A DNA stretch of 64,000 nt, taken from contig VBOY01000031.1 of NCBI GenBank assembly GCA_005893295.1, forward strand, positions 1,730 through 65,729. The letters run 5' to 3'. The translations under genes were made by a program, and so were the position numbers. Shown one piece after another: positions 56,771 through 64,000 of this stretch. The DNA is from Candidatus Eiseniibacteriota bacterium. Lineage in GTDB: Bacteria; Eisenbacteria; RBG-16-71-46. Under the pieces are notes generated by a model. The model was not told the origin of the DNA, searched no databases, and worked only from the letters and a program-made list of their open reading frames with translations. Position 1 is the stretch's first letter, and every line of letters begins with the position of its first letter.

Positions 56771-57991
56771 CTAATCCGCGTGGCCGTAAGCCTGACGGAT
56801 GTATGGATCAGTGGCGACCTGTGCGAAGGACCGGGATCGGGCGAACCAGCCGGAACGGATCCGGGCCAGCAGGTCCTTGTAGACGATCTCGCTCGGGCTG
56901 GTGCGCATGGGGTTGAGAGCGTAGCGGTCCCATCCAGGCTCGAGACGCAAGGCGCGCAATGCGTGCTCGTAGAGATCGTCGTTGCTCAGCACCGTGGCAC
57001 CGGCCTCGATCGTCTCGGGTCGTTCGGTCGACAGGCGGGTCACGAGGCACGGCACGCCGAGGATCAGCGCCTCTTCTTGGACCGTGCCGCTGTCGGAGAC
57101 GATCAGCTTGGCCTCCTTCTCCAGCTTGAGGAAGTCGAGAAACCCGAGTGGCGGGGTCGTGCGCACGCGCGCCCGCCGCAGCGCGCTCCCGAGGCGGAAG
57201 CGCGCGAGGTTCTTGCGGACGCGCGGCATCAACGGCCACACGACGGGCATCTTCCGAGCCAGCGAGCAGAGGCCGGCGACCTTGGCCGTCAGCGCCACCC
57301 GGTCGTCGGTGTTTTCTTCGCGGTGGAGCGTCACCGCGCAATAGCGTCGAGGTCGCAGGCCGAGCTGGTCGAGGATCGGCGATTGATCGGCGCGCGGCAG
57401 GAATTGCTCCACGGCGTCGTAGATGATGTTGCCGATCACGTGGATCCGGAACGCGGCGATCCCCTCGCGCAGCAGGTTCTCCCGGTAGCGCGGCATGTAG
57501 GCATAGAGGACGTCGGACAGGTGGTCGATCAGGATGCGGCATTTCTCCTCGGGCATGCGCCAGTCGAACGACCGGCCGCCCGCCTCGAGATGGATGACCG
57601 GGATGTTCGCTCGCGCCACCACGAATGACGAGGTCACGCTGTTCGTGTCTCCCAGGTAGAGGACCGCGTCGGGCCTGAACTTCTTCAGCATCTCCTCGAC
57701 CCGCTCGAACAGCAACGAGGTTTGGTACGCGTGGGTCGTAGGCCCGCCCCGCTCGCGCAGCGTGCGGCCCACCTCGAGGTTGTGATCCGGCCGTCGTACA
57801 CGAAGCTGGCGGTAGAAGATCGCGTCCAGCTCGTAATCGAAGTGCTGGCCGGTGTGCATGAACTGGTGTTCATAGCGGTGTTCGTCCTGGCCGCGATCGA
57901 GCAGCTTGATCAGCTTGAACATGCGAATGATGTCGGGACGGATGCCGAGCAGGGTGACCAGTCGGAATCGTTTCTTCGGCATCGGCGTCAC
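56771..57991 (-). CDS. UDP-N-acetylglucosamine 2-epimerase (non-hydrolysing; WecB/FnlC/Cap5G-like)
   Basis: Epimerase_2 family sequence along the full length, 406 aa. Confidence 0.8.
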   Translation of the reverse strand: MTPMPKKRFRLVTLLGIRPDIIRMFKLIKLLDRGQDEHRYEHQFMHTGQHFDYELDAIFYRQLRVRRPDHNLEVGRTLRERGGPTTHAYQTSLLFERVEEMLKKFRPDAVLYLGDTNSVTSSFVVARANIPVIHLEAGGRSFDWRMPEEKCRILIDHLSDVLYAYMPRYRENLLREGIAAFRIHVIGNIIYDAVEQFLPRADQSPILDQLGLRPRRYCAVTLHREENTDDRVALTAKVAGLCSLARKMPVVWPLMPRVRKNLARFRLGSALRRARVRTTPPLGFLDFLKLEKEAKLIVSDSGTVQEEALILGVPCLVTRLSTERPETIEAGATVLSNDDLYEHALRALRLEPGWDRYALNPMRTSPSEIVYKDLLARIRSGWFARSRSFAQVATDPYIRQAYGHAD

Positions 57992-58806
57992 ATGTCGGCG
58001 AGCATGTCGCCGAACGAGGGGACCCGTAGCGCGCCGTTCAGGTCCTTGACCGTGGCCAGGCGCCGATCCAGGGCCGGCCCGTTGTCAGGCGTGATCATGG
58101 CCTTCACGTCGTACTTCTTCGCGATCGCGGTCACCATCTCGTACTTCGTCACCGCGGTGGAGAAGATGTGGAACAAGCCGTGGTCCGGGTAGCGCCCGCG
58201 ATGGCTCACGATCTCATCGACCACGCGACCGAACTTGACCCACGCCACCAGCGAGACGAACCCGTGGATCTCGGGGCCGATGATCGAGGTCCGCAGCACC
58301 AGCGAGCGCCCGCTCGGCTCGCCGATCGACTTGGACAGGCCGTAGAGATCGTTAGGGCTGTGCGGTGAGTCCTCGGTGTAAGGAGCACCGTCGAGGCCGC
58401 TGAACGCGCAGTCGGTGGTGATCTGGATGAGACGGGAGCCGTAGGCTGCGGCCAGCAGGTGTGGGACCGTGCCATTGATGAACAGCGTCATGAACGGATC
58501 GACCAGGCTGTAGGGTTTGATCACCCCGGCGGCGTTCACCACCCCGTCCACCTCGCCGATCCCGTCCACCAGGGCGGCCAGCGATGGCGCGATCGACTGG
58601 GTCGTGAAGCCGCGCAAGAAGTCGTCGCGCAGCGCGGCCAGGTCGAAGCGCACGCCACGAGCGCTGCTCTTCCCGTAGGTCCGTTCGAGGAGCTCGAGCC
58701 TGGACTCGTCACGATAGACCAGGATCAGCTCGTGGCGATCCTTGAGCACGTCGTAGACGGCGCTGCCGAGCATGCCGGTCGGCGCGATCAGGGCGATGCG
58801 GGACAT
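57988..58806 (-). CDS. NAD(P)-dependent sugar-nucleotide reductase (RmlD/dTDP-4-dehydrorhamnose reductase-like)
   Basis: MSRIALIAPTGMLGSAVYDVL Rossmann motif and YGLSK catalytic motif. Confidence 0.7.
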   Translation of the reverse strand: MSRIALIAPTGMLGSAVYDVLKDRHELILVYRDESRLELLERTYGKSSARGVRFDLAALRDDFLRGFTTQSIAPSLAALVDGIGEVDGVVNAAGVIKPYSLVDPFMTLFINGTVPHLLAAAYGSRLIQITTDCAFSGLDGAPYTEDSPHSPNDLYGLSKSIGEPSGRSLVLRTSIIGPEIHGFVSLVAWVKFGRVVDEIVSHRGRYPDHGLFHIFSTAVTKYEMVTAIAKKYDVKAMITPDNGPALDRRLATVKDLNGALRVPSFGDMLADM

Positions 58807-58810
58807 GCGG

Positions 58811-59263
58811 CTAGCGGCCCGTAACGGTCCAGACGTCGCCGAACGCGTAGGGATCCATCCGCTCGTCGTCGCCCAGCGATTCCTCGAAGCTCGAGCTCGA
58901 GCCGCAGATCAAGATCGTTTGGGGCTCGAGCGAGACCCAACCGTTCGCGTAGCCGGGAGGAACCACCACCACGTTCGGCTTGCGGGCCGAGCTGATGAAG
59001 GTGTGCCGATCTTCCGGGTGCTCGGGATCGAGCGCCACGAACTTGGCCGCTCCACAACAGATGATGAACACCTTCCACTCTTTGCGATGGCAGTGGAAGC
59101 CCCGGATGACGCCGGCCCCATAGTTGGCGACGTAGTAGATGCGCTTGATCGCCAATCCGGGGGCGAACTCGAGCTCATGCGCGTCCTTGAGCCAGGGCAC
59201 GAATACACCCCGGTCGTCGGACGAGACCTTCGATTCGTACGCGAACGGCTTCGGCTCGGACAT
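58811..59263 (-). CDS. Cupin-fold sugar-nucleotide epimerase/ketoisomerase (RmlC / FdtA / WxcM-like)
   Basis: 150-aa cupin (RGFHCHRKEWKVFIICCG...VVVPPGYANG). Confidence 0.65.
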   Translation of the reverse strand: MSEPKPFAYESKVSSDDRGVFVPWLKDAHELEFAPGLAIKRIYYVANYGAGVIRGFHCHRKEWKVFIICCGAAKFVALDPEHPEDRHTFISSARKPNVVVVPPGYANGWVSLEPQTILICGSSSSFEESLGDDERMDPYAFGDVWTVTGR

Positions 59264-59269
59264 CGGCCG

Positions 59270-60235
59270 TCACGGGCTCACGTGGTTGGCGTAGCGGTCC
59301 ATGATGGCGACCATCCGGCGCTCGTTCGAGTACAGCTCGTGCTCCAGGTCCGCCACGCGATTCTCGTTGACCAACCGCACGATCTGCTGGATCCCGTGCG
59401 CGATGGTGCGCGGCGTGCAAGTGGCCAGGATACCGTCCCGCAGCGCCTTGGACACGTCGGCGTGATAGTTGCGGTTGTCCTGGAACTTCTGGTCGGTCTT
59501 TTCGATCTCGCATTCCGTGGTCTCGTGGATGCGAGTAGCGAGATCGATGATGGTGATGTTCTCGGTGGCGATGTTGTAGATCCCCCGGTGCTGCTTGTCG
59601 AGATTGTCCACCAACAGCTGCCCGATGTCGTTCACATGCACGAACGGCCGCCACTGGGCGCCGCCGAAAACGGTGAGCTTTCCCTTACGCACCGCGTTCA
59701 TCGTCATGTAGTTGACGGCGAGGTCCATGCGGATGCGCGAGTAGGTGTCGGAAATACCAAAGGCGGTGCCGAGACGGAAGATCAGGGCGTTCTTGTCACG
59801 CAGGAAAGATTCGGCCGCCAGCTTGGTTTGCGCGTAGACCGACAGCGGGCCGGTCGGAGAGGTCTCCGTGACCGGCTGGTCGCTGGCGCCGTAGACCGAG
59901 CACGTCGACGTGAACAGGATGCGCCCGTCGAAGTTCGCGGCGAGCCATTCGACCGAGTTCTGGTTGATGACCTTGGTCAGCGGCGGGTTGATGGCGCAGG
60001 CACCGTCGCCGACCAGGGCCGGCAGCCAGATCACGTGCGTGTGCCGCTCGAGCAGCGGTTTGAGTCGGTCGTGATCCCGGACGTCGCCGAACACGAAGTT
60101 CACCGGCTTGAGATAGTGGTTCTCGTAGGTCAGGTTGTCGTAGACGGTAAATGGGATCCCGCGTGCCAGGAGCGCCTCGGTCGTACCTCCACCGATGTAT
60201 CCCGCACCACCGACTACCAGGACGTTCGGATTCAT
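59270..60235 (-). CDS. NAD-dependent epimerase/dehydratase family protein (GalE-like)
   Basis: MNPNVLVVGGAGYIGG Rossmann motif and YAQTK catalytic motif. Confidence 0.75.
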   Translation of the reverse strand: MNPNVLVVGGAGYIGGGTTEALLARGIPFTVYDNLTYENHYLKPVNFVFGDVRDHDRLKPLLERHTHVIWLPALVGDGACAINPPLTKVINQNSVEWLAANFDGRILFTSTCSVYGASDQPVTETSPTGPLSVYAQTKLAAESFLRDKNALIFRLGTAFGISDTYSRIRMDLAVNYMTMNAVRKGKLTVFGGAQWRPFVHVNDIGQLLVDNLDKQHRGIYNIATENITIIDLATRIHETTECEIEKTDQKFQDNRNYHADVSKALRDGILATCTPRTIAHGIQQIVRLVNENRVADLEHELYSNERRMVAIMDRYANHVSP

Positions 60236-60444
60236 CGCGATCTTCCAGAGGTGAGACGTTCGGGGGGCGCGCGCTGCGGCCAATCCCGGGGCACGGTGGG
60301 CATTTCGTCCCTCGCTCCGAGGATGCCGCGCGAGTGCACGTGGCTCGCCGCACCTGCAGCGAACGCCCCCGGCCGGCGCGAGTATAGCATGCTGGCGTGG
60401 CGGCGTTGCAGCGCGCGGGCGGCGTCGACTTCAGGAGCGTCCGG

Positions 60445-60901
60445 CTAGAGGCCTTGGTAGAGCGCCGCGAGCTCGCCCATTCCTTCGGTCATGATGATCG
60501 ACAGGCCGGTCAGCATGCATTCCGAGAACTTGCCGGGCGCCGCCACCTCGTTCGCCGGATGGCGCTTGCGGAGGAGCAGTGCGACATCGGCCGCGCACAG
60601 GTATCGCACGACTTCGACGTGCGGGCAGCTGTAAATGCCGTAGTCTTCCGGTGCGATGCCGGCGCGCTTCAAGTGCGGCTCGACGAGCTCCCGATGGCGC
60701 TCGGGAGTCAGGATCAGGAAGTACGCGTCCGGTCGTCCCTGCCGGATCAACCCGAACACCTCCACCAGTTTGTCCGGCACCTGCCACTTCGAGATCAGGT
60801 TGCCGCTGTAGATCACGACGAAGCGGTTCTTCCACCCCGACCTTTCGCGCCGATGGCCGCCCTGTGAAGGGTGGCCATCGGCGCGTTCGTCGAACCCCTC
60901 G
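60445..60901 (-). pseudogene. GT4 glycosyltransferase 3' fragment (paralog of 52874..54139) lacking an N-terminus
   Basis: ...RFVVIYSGNLISKWQVPDKLVEVFGLI...ILTPERHREL... aligns to the C-terminal half of the upstream GT4. The frame opens immediately after the stop of the gene at 60902. Confidence 0.6.
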
Positions 60902-62125
60902 TCATCGCGTTTCGATCAGACTTTCGTAGAGCTCCAGATGGCGCGTCACGTAGCGATCATAGGAATAATCGGACTCCACGATGCTGCGACCGGCCGTCCC
61001 CATGCTGGCTCGGGCCTCGTCCTCTGCGAGCAGGAACGAGATGGCCGCCGCCAATCCCTCGGCATCGCCGTGAAGCACCGCAATTCCTGCCTCGGGGGCA
61101 CGAATGGTATCGGCCACGGCGGTGTCGGCCGAGGTGACCACCGGGATTCCGCAGGCCATCGCCTCCAGCGCCATCATTCCGAACGATTCCGCCCGTGACG
61201 GCATCAGGAAGACGTCCGCGGCGCTCAGTGCCTCGGCCAGCTGCGTCTCGTCGTTCAGCCAGCCGGTCTCGATGATCTTGAATTTGTCTCCGAGACCAAC
61301 GAAGACCCCTCGCTCCTCAAACACGACCAGGTAGGTCGGCCGATCGATGGGGAGGCGGTGGAATGCCTCGACGAGCCACGGCACACCCTTGGTCTCGCGC
61401 TGCTTCTGCCCGCCTGGAACGCGCAACGCCAGGACCTTCGCGCCGGGCTCGATGCCGAGGCGGGCGCGGCACGCCTCGCGGTCTCGCATCCGCCACACCT
61501 CGAGATCGAGTCCGAACGGAATCAAATGGCACGGAAGCGACGCCAGGAGCGGACTCGCCGCGACCCTGCGTTTCATCCACGGGGAAGCCACGATCAGCGT
61601 GAGTGGAGAATTGTGATAGGCGTGCCGCTTCGCCTTCCAGGTCATCGCCGTGGTGTCGAACCAGATCGTGAAGTTTCTCCTCAGGTCCGGGCACTTGCCG
61701 CAGCCCGTCATCCAGCGTTGGCATTCGACCGGATGAACGCAATGACCGGTCGTGGGCCAGGGATCGTGAAGGGTCCACACCGTGGGGCGGAGACGGGAAA
61801 GGAACGGAATCAGCGGGGTGCTGATGTAGTGTGGATAAATGAGCTGCCAATGAACCAGGTCGGCTTTGCGGAAGCATTGCCTGCCCGGGAAGGAAAGCGC
61901 GAACGGGGACAGCAGACCCTGCAAGCTGGACACGCGCTCGAGCGCGTACAAGCCCCGCTCGAAGATCTCTCCGAGTCGCGAGTAACTGTGAACGCGCGGG
62001 TCCTTGGAGCGCTTGGACACCACCAACATTTCGGAGTCGTGACCACGCTCGACCAGGGATCGATGAAGGCGATAGCCGTTGAATCGCTGAGATGGGTCCA
62101 CCACTCCGAAGAGAATCGTTTGCAC
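60902..62125 (-). CDS. Glycosyltransferase family 4
   Basis: 407 aa with a C-terminal GT4 motif (ESFGMMALEAMACGIPVV). Confidence 0.8.
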   Translation of the reverse strand: MQTILFGVVDPSQRFNGYRLHRSLVERGHDSEMLVVSKRSKDPRVHSYSRLGEIFERGLYALERVSSLQGLLSPFALSFPGRQCFRKADLVHWQLIYPHYISTPLIPFLSRLRPTVWTLHDPWPTTGHCVHPVECQRWMTGCGKCPDLRRNFTIWFDTTAMTWKAKRHAYHNSPLTLIVASPWMKRRVAASPLLASLPCHLIPFGLDLEVWRMRDREACRARLGIEPGAKVLALRVPGGQKQRETKGVPWLVEAFHRLPIDRPTYLVVFEERGVFVGLGDKFKIIETGWLNDETQLAEALSAADVFLMPSRAESFGMMALEAMACGIPVVTSADTAVADTIRAPEAGIAVLHGDAEGLAAAISFLLAEDEARASMGTAGRSIVESDYSYDRYVTRHLELYESLIETR

Positions 62126-62302
62126 CCATGGCGAGAGTAGCCCAACCGGGACCTGCCGTGGAACGGATCACCCTCCACGCGGATTCGCGTATAAGCCTGA
62201 CCCGATCGGGGCTCCGCGTGTTTGACCGCGCCGCGGCGAACCCATAACGTGCGCGCGTTCCTTGGGACCGCGGTGCCTTCCGAACTTGCGACGAGGCCAG
62301 CC

Positions 62303-63256
62303 ATGCGACGTGTGCTCGTGACCGGTGTCACCGGGTTTGCCGGCAGCCATCTGGTCGATTACATGCTGACCCGCGACGATTGCCAGATCTTCGGCATCCA
62401 ACGGTGGCGCAGCCGCACCGAGAACATCGAGCACTTCGCCGACCGCATCACGCTCCTGGAATGCGACCTGCGCGACGCAACGTCCACCCGGGACACGATC
62501 GACCAGGTGCGTCCGGAGTGGATCTTCCACCTCGCCGCGCAGTCCTACGTGCCGACCTCGTGGAGCGCGCCGACCGAGTCGCTGACGACCAACATCCTGG
62601 GTCAGCTCAACCTGTTCGAGGCGGTGCGCAAGCTGGACCTCAGATGTCGCATCCAGCTCGCGTGCTCGAGCGAAGAATACGGCCTGGTGCTTCCGACCGA
62701 GGTGCCGATCAAGGAGACGAACCCGCTCCGGCCGTTGTCTCCCTACGCGGTGAGCAAGGTGGCGCAGGATATGCTGGGCTACCAATATTGGATGTCGTGG
62801 AAGGTGGACAGCGTTCGCACCCGAGGGTTCAACCACGAAGGCCCGCGCCGCGGCCCGGTGTTCGTCGCATCCGACTTCGCCAAGCAGATCGCCGACATCG
62901 AGAAGGGCCGCAAGCCGCCGGTGGTGCAGGTGGGGAATCTCGCCTCCAAGCGCGACTTCACCGACGTGCGCGACATGGTGCGTGCCTACTGGCTGGCGCT
63001 CGAGAAGGGCGAGCCCGGCGAGGTCTACAACATCTGCAGCGGCGTGGCGTGGAGCATCCAGAAGGTGCTCGACACCCTGCTGTCGTTCAGCTCGGCGCGA
63101 ATCGAGATCAAGCAGGATCCCGTCCGGCTCCGTCCGAGCGACGTCCCGCTGCTGCTCGGGGACAATTCCAAGTTCGTACGGGCGACCGGCTGGCAGTCGG
63201 AGATCCCGTTCGAGCGAACGCTGCGCGACATGCTGGAGCACTGGCGCGCGCGTTGA
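62303..63256 (+). CDS. gmd: GDP-mannose 4,6-dehydratase
   Basis: MRRVLVTGVTGFAGSHLVDYML and YAVSK motifs. Confidence 0.85.
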   Translation: MRRVLVTGVTGFAGSHLVDYMLTRDDCQIFGIQRWRSRTENIEHFADRITLLECDLRDATSTRDTIDQVRPEWIFHLAAQSYVPTSWSAPTESLTTNILGQLNLFEAVRKLDLRCRIQLACSSEEYGLVLPTEVPIKETNPLRPLSPYAVSKVAQDMLGYQYWMSWKVDSVRTRGFNHEGPRRGPVFVASDFAKQIADIEKGRKPPVVQVGNLASKRDFTDVRDMVRAYWLALEKGEPGEVYNICSGVAWSIQKVLDTLLSFSSARIEIKQDPVRLRPSDVPLLLGDNSKFVRATGWQSEIPFERTLRDMLEHWRAR

Positions 63257-63284
63257 CCGCCGACCTCGACCGGCCGTGGGCGTC

Positions 63285-64000
63285 GTGCGCGTCCTGATCA
63301 CCGGCGTGGGCGGGTTCGTCGGTCATCATCTGGCCCGCCACCTTCGCGCGGGCGGCCTCGAGCCGCTCGGGCTCGAGCGCGAAGCCTTCCCATCGGCGCT
63401 CGACGGGGTCCTCGGCGCCGGCTACACCGTCGATCTCCGCGACCGGGATGGGCTCGCGGCGGCGGTGGCCGCGGCGCGACCGTCCGCGATCGTTCACCTG
63501 GCGGCGCAGAGCAGCGCGGCGCGCTCGTTCGAGCAGCCGGTCGACACGTTCCATGTGAACGTCCTCGGAACCTGGAATCTGCTCGAAGCGGTGCGCCGAG
63601 AGGTTCCGCGAGCGCGCCTGCTGGTCGTCGGCACGGGCGAGAGCTACGGCCCGCAGCCCGAGGGAACCCGGGTGGCCGAGGACGCGCCCTTCCGCCCGGT
63701 CAGCCCATACGCGTTCTCCAAGGCCGCGGCCGACTTGGGCGCCGAGGCCTGCGCGCAAGCCTGGGGACTCGACGTGGTCCGGGTGCGGGCGTTCAGCCAC
63801 ACCGGGCCCGGCCAGGCCACCCGCTTCGCGGTCGCCTCGTTCGCCGAGCAGATCGCCGCGATCGAGGGGGGGCGAAGGGAGCCCGTGCTTCAGGTGGGGA
63901 ACCTCGAGGTGACCCGCGACCTGCTCGACGTGCGCGACGTGGTCGACGCCTACCGGACGCTGCTCGAACGGGGGCGCAGCGGCGCCGCGTACAACGTGTG
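63285..64000 (+). CDS. rmd: GMD-like NAD-dependent reductase (probable GDP-4-dehydro-6-deoxy-D-mannose reductase, Rmd), partial at the window end
   Basis: VRVLITGVGGFVGHHLARHL and YAFSKAAAD motifs. GTG start; the ORF continues beyond 64000. Confidence 0.65.
   Translation, partial: MRVLITGVGGFVGHHLARHLRAGGLEPLGLEREAFPSALDGVLGAGYTVDLRDRDGLAAAVAAARPSAIVHLAAQSSAARSFEQPVDTFHVNVLGTWNLLEAVRREVPRARLLVVGTGESYGPQPEGTRVAEDAPFRPVSPYAFSKAAADLGAEACAQAWGLDVVRVRAFSHTGPGQATRFAVASFAEQIAAIEGGRREPVLQVGNLEVTRDLLDVRDVVDAYRTLLERGRSGAAYNV

Overview
This is a high-GC (about 68-70%) bacterial chromosomal window that I read as 50-60 densely packed genes; the phylum is not determinable from sequence alone. Left to right it holds: (1) a glycoside-hydrolase and oxidoreductase module of GH63 hydrolase, amylo-alpha-1,6-glucosidase-like protein, NDH-2, GMC oxidoreductase and Zn-ADH/glucose-dehydrogenase-like protein; (2) two divergently transcribed secreted DUF4097 (LiaF-like beta-helix repeat) paralogs, a PhzF-family gene, and a small membrane protein plus HTH_34 regulator pair; (3) uppS, then a leucine-catabolism-type acyl-CoA carboxylase (liu-like) cluster that contains an unusual stand-alone CTP-synthase-type glutamine amidotransferase, followed by a quinone oxidoreductase and an ABC-2 exporter; (4) a conserved phoH, 7TM-HD (PgpH-like), ybeY, DUF502, recO, glyQ, glyS block that runs by translational coupling straight into pyrR and a long pyrimidine operon (pyrB, pyrC, carA, carB, pyrK, pyrD, pyrF) with a TPR lipoprotein gene embedded between carB and pyrK; (5) an ECF sigma / zf-HC2 anti-sigma pair and a secreted protein; (6) a lower-GC polysaccharide (O-antigen/EPS-type) locus with GT4 glycosyltransferases, two methyltransferases, a polysaccharide deacetylase, GDP-D-rhamnose genes (gmd plus rmd-like), a UDP-GlcNAc 2-epimerase, an RmlD-like reductase and a cupin. 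That locus also carries an IS630-like miniature element with perfect 18-bp terminal inverted repeats and two glycosyltransferase gene remnants. The strongest cross-cutting signal is an unusual density of single-nucleotide frameshifts, several at short homopolymers, in otherwise conserved and partly essential genes (carA, 7TM-HD, GAF-PP2C, anti-sigma, methyltransferases, MCC alpha/BCCP); I read this mainly as sequencing or assembly error. No rRNA, tRNA or CRISPR array was recognised. Long ORFs antisense to real genes are GC-driven artefacts.
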